Assembly: GCA_963815455.1 (NCBI GenBank)
Contig: CAWFGO010000001.1
Location: 416,001-480,000, forward strand
DNA from: an uncultured Verrucomicrobiae bacterium
GTDB taxonomy: Bacteria; Verrucomicrobiota; Verrucomicrobiia; Chthoniobacterales; UBA10450
Direction of reading: 5' to 3'
Length of the DNA stretch: 64,000 bases
Shown: piece after piece, positions 11,915-22,442 of the stretch
Position numbering within the stretch: position 1 is the first letter of the stretch
Layout of the letters: each line of letters starts with the position of its first letter
The notes under the pieces: model-generated
What the model saw: only the letters and a program-made list of their open reading frames with translations
What the model was told of the DNA's origin: nothing
Database searches by the model: none
Translations under genes and position numbers: made by a program

Positions 11915-14696
11915 GCCAAAGAGTGGCGCGAGCGTCCCGCTTGCGAAATCCGAGGAAGAACACAAGCGGGACGCATGCGCTAGTCCCGAGCGAGCGACAC
12001 GAGCCGCGGAGCTGCTCAAGTCCGCCTTGGAACTCGGCCCGAAGGATCGGTCGTCCTTTTTGGATGACGCTTGCGGGTCAGATGCCGCCTTGCGCGCGGA
12101 AGTCGAATCGCTCTTGCGATTTCGGGGACCCGCGCGCGCTTTCATGCAACAACCTGCGATCCATCTCGCCGCCGATGTCTTTCCCGATCGGGAATTGAAA
12201 GCGGAAGAAACGATCGGCGATTACAAAATCATCTCGCTCATCGGCAGTGGCGGAATGGGCGATGTCTATCTGGCCGAAGATCGACAACTGCATCGTCAGG
12301 TAGCGCTCAAGATCGTCCGTCGTGGCATGAACAGCGATGACGTCATTCGCCGGTTCCAGCGCGAAGAACAAATTCTCGCTGGTCTGAACCATCCAAACAT
12401 TGCGCGACTCTACGGTGGTGCGATCACAGCCGACGGCATGCCTTTTTTTGTCATGGAATATGTCGATGGCACGCGTCTCGACGAGTACTGCGATGAGAAG
12501 CGGCTGCCGTTAAAAGAACGACTCACACTTTTCCGGAAAGTGTGCGGCGCTGTCGCTTACGCGCATCAACATCTCGTCATTCATCGCGACCTCAAACCGA
12601 GTAACATTCGAGTGACGCCCGAGGGCGAGCCGAAGCTGCTCGACTTCGGAATCGCCAAACTACTCGATCCAGCAACCTCGATCGGTCGCGAAATGACGAT
12701 GACGTTTCCCGGCGCGATGACGCCGGAATACGCCAGCCCTGAGCAGATCCGCGGCGAAACCATGACCACGACGAGTGATGTCTACAGTCTCGGCGTTGTT
12801 CTTTACAGATTGCTCACCGGCCAAAGTCCCTATCGCACGAAGACAAATCGTCCCGACGAGATCGCGCGAGCGATTACCGAGCAGGAACCGACGCGCCCGA
12901 GCACAGTCGTGGCATCGGCTTCCAGCCGATGGTCCATGGGCTGGAAGCCCATGCCACAACTCCGGGGTGATCTCGACAACATCATTTTGATGGCGCTGCG
13001 CAAAGAACCAGCGCGGCGTTATTCATCGGTGGGACAGTTTTCCGAAGACATTCGTCGCCATCTCGACGGGCTTCCAGTTATCGCTCGCAAAGCTACTTGG
13101 AATTATCGCGCGGCCAAGTTCGTCAAACGAAACAAAACAGCGGTCTTCGCGGCCACGCTTATCGTGACAACTCTGTTTGCCGGAATGGCAATGACAATTT
13201 GGGAGAAGCGCAGGGCGGAACGGCGTTTCAATGATGTGCGCGAGTTAGCCGCGGGATTCGTGTTTGAGATAAACGGCGCCATCGAGCACCTCCCGGGCGC
13301 CACCTCCGCGCGGGTGCTTCTGGTCCAGCGCGGGCTAAAGTACCTGGACAGCCTGGCGCAGGAATCACGGGGGGATCGTTCGCTCCAACTCGAATTGGCC
13401 GTAGCCTATCTTAAGATTGGCGACATTCAGGGCAGACCTTACCGGCCGAATATTGGCGACGCGGCGGGAGCGTTGGTGAGCTATCGCAAGGCGCAATCAA
13501 TCTTAGAGGACTTGTCTCATTCGGAAATGAAGGACTCGAAGGTGTTATACGAGTTAGCAACATCTTACGAAAATATTGGCCGTCTCCAATTGCTGGAGAC
13601 GAATCGAACTGAGGCGATCGAGAACGCGCGGAAAGCAGTCGCGACCGCGGCAACGTTGGACGCAGCGGCGCCAGCAGACTTGAAATACCGCAAGCTTCTT
13701 GGGGACAGCTATGTCCATCTAGGCATGGCTCTATTCGGGGAGGAATGGCAGAGTTTGTCTATTGGCATCGAAGAGACCCAGCAAGCACTGGAGATCTTCC
13801 GCAAGGCACTCTCGATCCACGAAGCCTTAGCCGCCGCCAAGCCAGCAGACGGTTTTTTTCAGTGGGCGGTCCAGGCAGATTACACCTACATCGGTTATGC
13901 CGAGCGCAGGATGGGTGACCTCACGAGCGACACGGAGCATTATCGCCTGGCGCTGCAGAATCATGTCAAAGAGCTCGAGATAAGCCAAGGCCTGGCCGCC
14001 TCCGATCCAACAAACGCATCCTATCAGCAACTTGTCGGCGAGGGACACATGGATGTCGGCAAATCACTGGCCAAAATGGGCGATACCGCGCGGGCTTTGG
14101 ATCATCTCCGTCAATGGCACTCGATTTGCGAATCGTTGGCCGCGTCCGATCCCAGCAACGTCGAAATGCGAGCACAGATAGGCAACAGCGATGACAACAT
14201 CGGACAGGTCCTAGCGCAAGCAGGTGATGCCAGGGGCGCATTGGAAGCCAGCGAGAAGGCGAAAGATAACTACTCTAAGTTACTCGCTGGCGCTCCAACC
14301 GATCTAGCCCTTCATAACCGGCTGGCCCGCCTATACAGACAGATCGGTGACATTCTAATAAAGGCCGACAATACCGATGCGGCGCTCAAGACGTATGACC
14401 AAGCGCGCGCGCTTTTGGAGAACTGGTTGGCGCTCAAACCGACGAGCGTAGAAGCGCGGCACTTGCTCGCGCTAAATCACGCCACCGTCGGTAAGGTTTA
14501 TCAGAATCGCGCCGCCAACCAGAGATCTGCCGACGAGCGCCAGCAAGCGCTGAGCAAAGCAAAGGCTTCGTTCCAGCGCAGCTTGGAAATTTGGCATGAA
14601 CTGCGCGACCAAGGTCTTCTGACTTCCGGCCAGGCCGGCAAACTTGATGAGCTTAGCAAAGAGATCGCCAAATGTAGTGCGGCGCTGGGGGAATAG
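11904..14696 (+). CDS. Hanks-type Ser/Thr kinase with TM helix and C-terminal TPR-like region
   Basis: GSGGMGDVY, VALK, HRDLKPSN, DFGIAK, TPEYASPE; overlaps the ECF stop. Confidence 0.95.
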   Translation: MQPEPKSGASVPLAKSEEEHKRDACASPERATRAAELLKSALELGPKDRSSFLDDACGSDAALRAEVESLLRFRGPARAFMQQPAIHLAADVFPDRELKAEETIGDYKIISLIGSGGMGDVYLAEDRQLHRQVALKIVRRGMNSDDVIRRFQREEQILAGLNHPNIARLYGGAITADGMPFFVMEYVDGTRLDEYCDEKRLPLKERLTLFRKVCGAVAYAHQHLVIHRDLKPSNIRVTPEGEPKLLDFGIAKLLDPATSIGREMTMTFPGAMTPEYASPEQIRGETMTTTSDVYSLGVVLYRLLTGQSPYRTKTNRPDEIARAITEQEPTRPSTVVASASSRWSMGWKPMPQLRGDLDNIILMALRKEPARRYSSVGQFSEDIRRHLDGLPVIARKATWNYRAAKFVKRNKTAVFAATLIVTTLFAGMAMTIWEKRRAERRFNDVRELAAGFVFEINGAIEHLPGATSARVLLVQRGLKYLDSLAQESRGDRSLQLELAVAYLKIGDIQGRPYRPNIGDAAGALVSYRKAQSILEDLSHSEMKDSKVLYELATSYENIGRLQLLETNRTEAIENARKAVATAATLDAAAPADLKYRKLLGDSYVHLGMALFGEEWQSLSIGIEETQQALEIFRKALSIHEALAAAKPADGFFQWAVQADYTYIGYAERRMGDLTSDTEHYRLALQNHVKELEISQGLAASDPTNASYQQLVGEGHMDVGKSLAKMGDTARALDHLRQWHSICESLAASDPSNVEMRAQIGNSDDNIGQVLAQAGDARGALEASEKAKDNYSKLLAGAPTDLALHNRLARLYRQIGDILIKADNTDAALKTYDQARALLENWLALKPTSVEARHLLALNHATVGKVYQNRAANQRSADERQQALSKAKASFQRSLEIWHELRDQGLLTSGQAGKLDELSKEIAKCSAALGE
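12909..12957. repeat. GTGGCA-family palindrome in-frame inside the kinase gene
   Basis: GTGGCATCGGCTTCCAGCCGATGGTCCATGGGCTGGAAGCCCATGCCAC encodes VASASSRWSMGWKPMP. Confidence 0.85.
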
Positions 14697-14894
14697 GTCG
14701 CCACGGCAGTTACTCAGAGCGTGGCGCTTCCTTTGGGATTTTGGGATTAGCGCGCGTCGCGCGAAGGAGCGCCACAAATGGCCGCGATGGCAGCGCTGAG
14801 ACGATCGAAGCGGCCGACCCTGCTGTCCCCACCTGACGCGTGATCCATAGATCGCTTGACATCGTCGTATCATTCAATCATCGTTTCAGCGAAT

Positions 14895-15125
14895 ATGCGA
14901 ACCACCCTCACCATCGACAATGATGTCTTTGAAGCCGCTCGGGCCATGGCGGCATCCTCGGGGAAGAAACTCGGCGAGGTCATTTCCCATCTCGCTCGCC
15001 GTGGACTGAAGACGCGGCCGGAAACGGCAAAGAAAAATCGCCTGCCCGTTTTCCGCGTTTCAGAGAACGCTCCAGTCATTCCCAGCGATCGGGCCCGCGA
15101 AATTCTGGCGCGGGACGAAAAGTGA
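14895..15125 (+). CDS. vapB: VapB-type RHH antitoxin
   Basis: MRTTLTIDNDVFEAA..LGEVIS.LARRGL; GTGA overlap with the PIN gene; TTGACA at 14856. Confidence 0.85.
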   Translation: MRTTLTIDNDVFEAARAMAASSGKKLGEVISHLARRGLKTRPETAKKNRLPVFRVSENAPVIPSDRAREILARDEK

Positions 15126-15539
15126 AGACCGCGCTCCTCGATGCCAACGTGCTTCTGGCGCTGGCCTGGCCGAATCATCAGCATCACAGCGCAGCGCACG
15201 ATTGGTTCAGCGCCCAATCCCGCCATGGCTGGGCCAGTTGCGCGTTCACTCAAGTCGCTTTCATTCGGCTCTCCGCGAATCCTGCTTACACGCCGAGCGC
15301 GGTTTCACCGCAGGAGGCGGCGGCACTGTTGGAAGAATTTCTTCTACACAAACATCACCGGTTCTGGCCATCCCCGCCCGCGGCAATGCCGAAAGTCTAT
15401 TCGCGCGCGCTGGGACATCAGCAGGTGACTGATGCTTATCTGGCGATGATCGCCCATCATCAGAAAGGACGTTCTGGTCACGTTTGATACGCGCGCCGCT
15501 GCGCACGCGCCGGACGTTGTCGATCTTATTCCGTCATGA
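15122..15539 (+). CDS. vapC: VapC PIN-domain ribonuclease toxin (frameshift near 15470)
   Basis: LLDANVLLAL, QVTDAYL, LVTFD in the shifted frame. Confidence 0.9.
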
Positions 15540-15583
15540 CCTGGCATTGAAACGCGCGGGGAGCGCATTACTATCATCGCAAA

Positions 15584-18039
15584 GTGGCACGCAGCGTAAA
15601 AAACAACCCCTGGAACGAGGTCTTCGCCCTCGTTCTCCTTTTCATCGGGACGCTGCTTTTTCTCGCGCTCATTTCTTATACGCCGAAGGATGTCCCGTCA
15701 TGGGTCTGGTTTAGCCACATCTCTCCGGCCAATCATCCGGCCCAAAATTTTATCGGGCCAATCGGCGCGATCATAGCCGGAGTCTGCTACCACCTGATCG
15801 GTGCCGCTTCCTATTTGCTAGCCGCAGTGCTGCTCGGTTTTGGCGGGGCCAAATTGTTCCATTCCACTTTGCGGGTGACACCGCGGATTCCGTGGATCGT
15901 TTTGTTCGTCGTTTCCGGCGCGTGCCTGTTGCAGTTGCAAACGAGCCATCTTCAAGGCTGGAAAGCGCTGTTCAACATTCAGGGTCCAGGCGGCTGGGTC
16001 GGTTATTTTTTTGGAAGAACACTTCTGCTCAACTCCATGGGCGAGGTTGGCTCGGTCATTCTTCTCACGGGAATGTACCTGGCCGCGTTGATTCTCATGA
16101 CCGGCTTGCGACCGATTCATATCGTTAGGGAAACGCTGGCCGGCACACGCAGCGGTATCGTCCGGTTCCACGAATGGCGTTTGCATCGACAACTGCGCCG
16201 GGCGGACATCAAAGGCCAATTGGAAATCAGCCAGAAAGAGCTGGCCAAACAACGGCGTTCGATCGAGAAGCAGCTCAAGAAGAAGGGCGCGCCCGTTTCC
16301 GAACCGTCGGCTGCATTTATCTCGCCGGAGGAACTGGCCAACCGGCCAAAGCCGAAGGTGGTCGATACCACGGCGTTGCCAAACGATTCGGCTCCAGCGC
16401 GCAAGAAGCCATCCCTGGCCGAGCTTCGCCTCGGCACTCACAAATCGACGGCCCCATCCGGCCTGGCGAGTCGAACATGGGACGCAAGTTCGTACCGGCT
16501 TCCCGGGCTCGATTTGCTGGACGAGCACGACCCGGAAGGCCGCGGCGCGGCCGATCCTGCCGAACTCGAGCGGGTTCAACAAATCCTGATCGACACGCTC
16601 GGGCAATTCGGCATCGCGGTTGCCGCGGGCGACATTACTAAAGGCCCAACGATCACGCGTTACGAAGTTTATCCGGCCAAAGGCGTGCGCGTAGACAAGA
16701 TCGTTAGTCTGGAACGCGATCTGGCCCGCGCCACGCGGGCGGAGCGAATCAATATCCTCGCGCCGATTCCCGGGAAAGACACGGTGGGCATCGAGTTGGC
16801 GAACGCGCGTAAGGTCACCGTGACATTGCGCGAACTTTTGCAGTCGCCCGGTTGGGACGAAGCAAAGACGAACGCGAAAATTCCGTTAGCCATTGGTAAA
16901 GACGTTTACGGCAAGACCATTATCGCCGACCTGGCCCAAATGCCGCATCTGCTGGTGGCCGGCACAACCGGCGCCGGTAAAAGCGTCTGCATCAATGCCA
17001 TGATCGCCAGCATGCTCTTCCGGTTCACGCCGGAGGAACTGCGATTCATCATGATCGATCCGAAGGTGGTCGAGATGCAGGTCTACGAATCGCTGCCGCA
17101 CCTGGCGTTTCCGGTCGTTGTCGATCCTAAGAAAGTGCTCCTGGCGTTGCGCTGGTTGATCGATGAGATGGAGCGACGTTACAAAATTTTCGCGCGCGCG
17201 GGCGTGCGCAACGTCATTGGGTTCAACGGGCGGCCGAAGAAGAAAACACAGAAAGAACTGGATGCGGATGTAGAGGCGGGCGTGTCGCCCGCAAATTTCG
17301 GAGCTGCGGCCGACACGGCCGCCTCCATACCGGTTAAAGTTCCGCGCGACGATGAAATTCAAATTCCGGACAAACTTCCCTATATCGTCGTGATCATCGA
17401 CGAGCTGGCCGATTTGATGCAGACCGCGCCGGCGGATGTGGAAAGCGCAATTGCCCGGATCACGCAAATGGCGCGCGCCGCCGGTATTCACATTATTGTC
17501 GCGACCCAAACGCCGCGGGCCGACGTCATTACCGGAGTGATCAAAGCGAATATCCCGAGCCGGATTGCGTTTCAGGTGGCGAGCAAGATCGACAGTCGCG
17601 TCATTTTGGATGAGAACGGGGCCGATCGCTTGTTAGGCCAGGGCGATATGCTTTACCTGCCGCCCAGCGCTTCCCGATTGATTCGGGCCCAGGGCGTCCT
17701 GGTGACCGACCACGAAATTCAGCGCCTGGTCGATTTCGTTACCGCCCAAAGCCCGCCCGCTTTCGACGCCGTTATGCACCAGAAATTGCAATCCGCTCAG
17801 CGTCCGCCACCGAAGAAGAAGTAACGGACGAAGACGAAGAGCTGGTGGAAAAATGCATCGACATTATCCGGCAGGAAAAACGCGCCTCCACTTCCCTGCT
17901 CCAACGCCGGCTGCGACTCGGTTATACCCGGGCCGCTCGGATCGTTGATATTCTCGAACAGCGCGGTATTTTGGGTCCCGGCGAAGGTGCGAAGCCGCGA
18001 GAGATTTTGGTCGATCTCGATCTTGACGCCGCTGTCTAG
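15584..18039 (+). CDS. ftsK: DNA translocase FtsK (frameshift near 17800 separates the gamma domain)
   Basis: N-terminal TMs, GTTGAGKS, IIDELADLM, GADRLLGQGDML, ASTSLLQRRLRLGYTRAARIVD. Confidence 0.96.
17269..17329. repeat. TGTAGAGGCG-family palindrome in-frame inside ftsK
   Basis: TGTAGAGGCGGGCGTGTCG...CGACACGGCCGCCTCCATA encodes VEAGVSPANFGAAADTAASI. Confidence 0.8.
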
Positions 18040-18053
18040 CCGGCATTTACGCC

Positions 18054-18977
18054 ATGACAATTGAAGGTCTCGGTAAAAAATTTGAAGAAGCGAGGCTGGC
18101 TCGAAAGCTGACCCTCGATGAAGCGGCCCGCCTGACGAAAATTCGGCCGTCCCGCCTGGCCGAAATCGAGGCGGACGATTTTTCGCAGTTCCCGAGTCTC
18201 GCTTATGCGAAGGGGTTCCTGCTCATTTACGGAAAATTTTTGGAGGTCGACGTGACACCGTATCTGGAAGCATTTGAAAGTTCGGAAAATGTCACCGTCG
18301 ATGGTTATTCTTATCTTCAGGAAACTCCGGCGCCGAAGCCGGCGCGCACGCCCATTGTTCGAACGCCGAAAAAAAGGCAGACATCGGTATGGCCATTGGT
18401 GGTGGCAGTCTTCGTTCTGGTGATGGGTTTTTCCGTGATGAAACTGGTCTTGAACCTCAAACGCCTTTCGTCCGGCAACGAGAAAATGATGATCGGCATC
18501 CCGCAGCCTTCGCCGGCGGAATCGGTTGCACCGAGCCCGCCAAGTGTCGCGACGGTTCCCACTCCGCAACCGACTGCGACCCGATCCAGGAAAAGTGAAT
18601 CGACCACCGGTGGCCTGGTATCGGCCGCAACACCGGTAGCAGTCAAGCCCAAGGCGCCTGAGCCGGAGGTCCGCCGGGCCCAACCGGTAGTCCGGGAGGA
18701 AGTCGCCAAAGAAAATGTTGCCGAGACATCTCCACCCGCCGAAGCGCCGGGTGAAACCCGATGGGACATCAAACCGCTGAAAAAAACTTATATTAAGGTG
18801 GTCGTCGATAACGGAGCAACCACGCCTCCAGTTGAACGGTGGATCTCGCCGTCCGATGGGGCGATGGAATTTCGCGGCAAACACATCGCGGTCCGGGTTC
18901 TGGATCGAGAGGCGATCCAGGTCAGGAAAAACGGCCAGCCGCCGGCCGAGAACGACAGCGACGTCGTCATTCAGTAG
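18054..18977 (+). CDS. RodZ-like HTH membrane protein
   Basis: HTH (LGKKFEEAR..YAKGFLLIYGKFL), TM helix, Pro-rich linker; ftsK-rodZ-rimO order. Confidence 0.8.
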   Translation: MTIEGLGKKFEEARLARKLTLDEAARLTKIRPSRLAEIEADDFSQFPSLAYAKGFLLIYGKFLEVDVTPYLEAFESSENVTVDGYSYLQETPAPKPARTPIVRTPKKRQTSVWPLVVAVFVLVMGFSVMKLVLNLKRLSSGNEKMMIGIPQPSPAESVAPSPPSVATVPTPQPTATRSRKSESTTGGLVSAATPVAVKPKAPEPEVRRAQPVVREEVAKENVAETSPPAEAPGETRWDIKPLKKTYIKVVVDNGATTPPVERWISPSDGAMEFRGKHIAVRVLDREAIQVRKNGQPPAENDSDVVIQ

Positions 18978-18983
18978 CGCTTC

Positions 18984-20460
18984 ATGAATTCGCCAGCTGT
19001 AGCGGCAGCCGTGTCGAACCGCAGATTCGAATGCCCAGAGAAAAGAGCGGCCGACACGGTCGCCTCTACACCGTCCCAAAGTGGGCATGATCAGCCTCGG
19101 CTGCGCCAAAAATCTTGTCGATGCGGAGATCATGCTCGGCAGCGTTTTGCAGCGTGGGATGGAAATCACATCGCGGGCGGATGAGGCCGACGTGCTCGTG
19201 ATCAACACCTGCGCCTTTATCGATTCAGCCAAGGAGGAATCGATCGAGGCAATTCTGGAAGCGCATCAGCAGCGCGGTCTAAACAAACGCCCGAATCAGA
19301 AACTGATCGTGAGCGGTTGCATGTCGCAGCGATTTTCCAGCGAGCTGCGCGCGCAGATGCCGGAAGTCGATGCGTTTATTGGGCTGGACCAGGTGAGTGA
19401 GCTAGGCGCAATCGTCGAGAGAGTGGTGGCACGGGCTTCCAGCCCGTCTCCCATCGGCAAGATGCCGATGCCAAATCGCGATGTCGATCTTAACTTCGTC
19501 ACCGCACGCCCGACTTACATTCCCAATTACGACACGCCGCGATTTAGGCTCACGCCCGCGCACTCGGCCTATCTGAAAATTGCCGAGGGATGCAACCATC
19601 CCTGCAGTTTTTGCGTGATCCCGCAAATGCGCGGAAAACATCGCAGCCGACCGATGGACTCGGTGTTGGCGGAGATGCGCGGTCTGGTTCGCGAAGGCGT
19701 CCGAGAAATCAATTTGATCAGCCAGGACACGACGTATTACGGAATGGATTTGTGGCCGGAAAAAGCCGGTCCGCGGCAGCCGGTCGATTCCACACGCGGT
19801 CCCACGCTGACGAAGCTCCTACGCGAAATTCAACAGATCGAGGGCGACTTCTGGGTGCGCCTCCTTTACACGCATCCGGCGCATTGGAGCGACGAGCTGA
19901 TCGAAACCATCGCGCAATGCGGCAAGGTCGCGCGTTACATCGACATCCCGTTACAGCACATCGATGAATCGATGCTCGGACGGATGCGCCGGGAAACGTC
20001 GCGGGCGCATATCGAGAACTTGATCGGCAAACTTCGCGCAGGAATTCCCGGTGTCGCCCTGCGCACCACCTTCATCGTCGGATTTCCAGGCGAAACCGAG
20101 GCCGAGTTCGAGACATTGATCGAGTTCATCGAGCGAACACGATTTGAGCGCCTCGGCATTTTCAAATACTCGCAGGAGAAAGGATCGCGCGCAGCCAAGA
20201 TGCCGGGTCAGATTTCCGCCAGGGTCAAGAACGCTCGTTATCGAAGGGCGATGTCGATCCAACAACGGATCGCGCACGAAATTGCCACGGAAAAAATCGG
20301 ACGCGAATTAAAGTTACTGGTCGATCAACCGCACGTCGCGCGGACCGAGGCCGACGCGCCTGATATCGATACGCGCGTTATTTTGTCGAAGCCGGCGCCG
20401 GTCGGCGAATTCATCTGGCGAACGATCACCGGCAGCCGCGGCTACGATTTGCTGGCGTAA
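18984..20460 (+). CDS. rimO: Ribosomal protein S12 methylthiotransferase (start 18984 via a 1-nt frameshift, or 19081)
   Basis: SLGCAKNLVDAE, INTCAFI, AYLKIAEGCNHPCSFC, LRTTFIVGFPGETE. Confidence 0.95.
18998..19070. repeat. TGTAG-family palindrome at the rimO 5' end
   Basis: TGTAGCGGCAGCCGTGTCG...CGACACGGTCGCCTCTACA. Confidence 0.8.
19426..19473. repeat. GTGGCA-family palindrome in-frame inside rimO
   Basis: Right arm CCCATCGGCAAGATGCCGATGCCA identical to the intergenic copy at ~8018-8041; encodes VARASSPSPIGKMPMP. Confidence 0.85.
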
Positions 20461-20588
20461 CATTATCGCCGTTTGGCAAACGCTGTGAATAACTCACGCG
20501 CGCGCAAAATTATTCGCCGCGCAAAGTTAACAAGTGACAATCCCGCCATTTTCGGTCAGTCTTTTTCACCACCGATTCGCCACGTCTC

Positions 20589-21164
20589 ATGGCCGACTCC
20601 ACCGAACCAAAAAAGGAAACTGTCCGCATCGCCCTGCCGCCAAAACCTCAGCCGCCCGGGGCGGGGGTTGAATCGCGCGAGACGGCAAGAATCAATCTGC
20701 CAACGCGTCCGCCTACCGTTCCTCCGCGGCCGCCCTCGGCGCAATCACCTTTGCCGCCGCCTCCGACCAGGCCAATCGCACCTCCGCCCTCGGCGGCGCC
20801 ATTAATGCCAAAAGGTGCAGGCCCCGGCGCCGCATTCCCTGCTTCCGTTGCCATGCCGGCGATTAATCCCTCCCCCGAGCCGAAAAAGGAAACCGCGCGC
20901 ATCCCAGTCCCGGGTCCAAAAAAAGAGACTGCTCGCATTACGGTTTTGCCCAATCCTCCACCGGCGCCAACTGTGCAGATGAAAAAGACTCAGCCCCTCA
21001 GCCGGATGCCTGAGATGGCGCCGCCGAGCATGCCGGTGAACGTCGCCACCAGCGCGCCCGAACCGGAATTGGTTGTCGCTGAAATGCCGATGTCGTTCTA
21101 CTGGGCCGTGCTGGGCGGTGCCGCCGCGATTTTGATTATTCAGATTTGGATTTACGTTTCTTGA
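20589..21164 (+). CDS. Pro-rich tail-anchored membrane protein with repeated ETxRI motifs
   Basis: KKETVRI, SRETARI, KKETARI x2; C-terminal hydrophobic helix; 3 nt before trxA. Confidence 0.75.
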   Translation: MADSTEPKKETVRIALPPKPQPPGAGVESRETARINLPTRPPTVPPRPPSAQSPLPPPPTRPIAPPPSAAPLMPKGAGPGAAFPASVAMPAINPSPEPKKETARIPVPGPKKETARITVLPNPPPAPTVQMKKTQPLSRMPEMAPPSMPVNVATSAPEPELVVAEMPMSFYWAVLGGAAAILIIQIWIYVS

Positions 21165-21167
21165 TAT

Positions 21168-21497
21168 ATGGAGAATTCAGCGACCGTTAAACTTGATGAA
21201 TCCAACTTCGATCGCGAAGTGATGCAGAACGATAAGCCGGTGATTGTCGATTTTTGGGCCGAATGGTGCGGCCCGTGCAAAATGATCGCGCCATTGCTCG
21301 ACGAAATCGCGCGCGAAAAAGCCGGCAGCGTCAAAGTCGCAAAAGTCAATGTGGATGAAAACCAGAGCCTCTCGTTCAAATACAACATCCGGGCGATCCC
21401 ATCCCTGCTCTTCTTCAAGAACGGCCAGGTCCGGGACCAGGTCACTGGCGTAGCCAGCAAGAAGGATTTGCTCGGCCGCCTCGAAGCGCTGGCGTAG
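21168..21497 (+). CDS. trxA: Thioredoxin
   Basis: DFWAEWCGPCK. Confidence 0.97.
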   Translation: MENSATVKLDESNFDREVMQNDKPVIVDFWAEWCGPCKMIAPLLDEIAREKAGSVKVAKVNVDENQSLSFKYNIRAIPSLLFFKNGQVRDQVTGVASKKDLLGRLEALA

Positions 21498-21589
21498 AAA
21501 TTTTCGCTACGCGAAAATTTCCAGTGACCAGTGATGAGTGACGGGTGACGAGCTAATTACAAACTCGGGTCGTTGTTCTGTACGACACC

Positions 21590-22155
21590 TGGACTGACCC
21601 CCTCATCCGAGCGCGTTGCAAAAGCACCGTGATGCGACGATACCCGTATCGGGGGTGCGCTTCACTCAACTTCAACACCTCTTGATGGATGCTTCGACAC
21701 ATTGCACTCACCCGGCTCGGCCGATAAAAACTCGCGCGGTTGAACCTCAGAGCCCGACAAGCAGGCGCCGTCTTGCCCCAACCCTCTTCCACACTGCGCT
21801 GCACCGCCCGTCTTTTACTCGACGGGCTTACTATTTTTTGCGTTCACCTCTTTCAATATCTGGTTCTGCACCGTTAGATCCGCCACCACTCGTCGCAGCC
21901 GCCGGCATTCCTCTTCCAAGGCGTGCAGGCGGCGCGCCTCGCTCCCTTCCATCGTCCCATACTTGCGCTTCCACCGTAATAGGTTTGCACCCCAATGTTG
22001 TGTTACGCACACACCGCCTTCACCCGCGCTCCCCGCACGTACCTGCCTCATTATCCCCGATCTTCTGCTCTTCGCTGAATCGACTCTTTTCATCTGCCTC
22101 CTTTTGTGGAGGCAGAATTATCGCTATGCCATGTCCACTTTTTCGGGTCAGGCCA
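21590..22155 (-). mobile_element. Internally deleted IS3-family element (orfA plus start of orfB, both ends retained)
   Basis: OrfA RWKRKYGTMEGSEARRLHALEEECRRL; OrfB HPRYGYRRI; ends TGGCCTGACCCG (22155, minus strand) and TGGACTGACCCC (21590); no DDE domain. Confidence 0.8.
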
Positions 22156-22172
22156 CCTTCATCCAAGTCACG

Positions 22173-22442
22173 CTATTCTGAGAGCAACTCTTTCAATTGG
22201 CCGACCCTTCGCCGTAATCGTTCTTCCGCCGCGGCAGCGTAGCTTGGGCGATCTGATCGCAGGTCTGCGTCATCCATGTAATGATATAGCTCATGCCAAG
22301 TATTCTTCATTAAATGATTAGTCTCAGTATCAATAGACGGCCACTGAGAGACGGCTGAGTTAGCGTCGAGCGAGCCGTCGAGAACGGACTCAAGGAGCCG
22401 TATCGCGAGTTCAATACGCATCTTGAGATCGTGATTTTTCAC
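22173..22442 (-). CDS. Putative cytoplasmic immunity protein for Rhs-1
   Basis: Small helical ORF (GTG overlapping the Rhs stop, or ATG 22421) directly downstream of the toxin; WHELYHYMDDAD.R. Confidence 0.7.
   Translation of the reverse strand: MKNHDLKMRIELAIRLLESVLDGSLDANSAVSQWPSIDTETNHLMKNTWHELYHYMDDADLRSDRPSYAAAAEERLRRRVGQLKELLSE

Noticed and set aside
21590..22155. Active transposon that mobilised Rhs-1
   Set aside because: Catalytic domain deleted, no second copy on the other side, no clear target duplication
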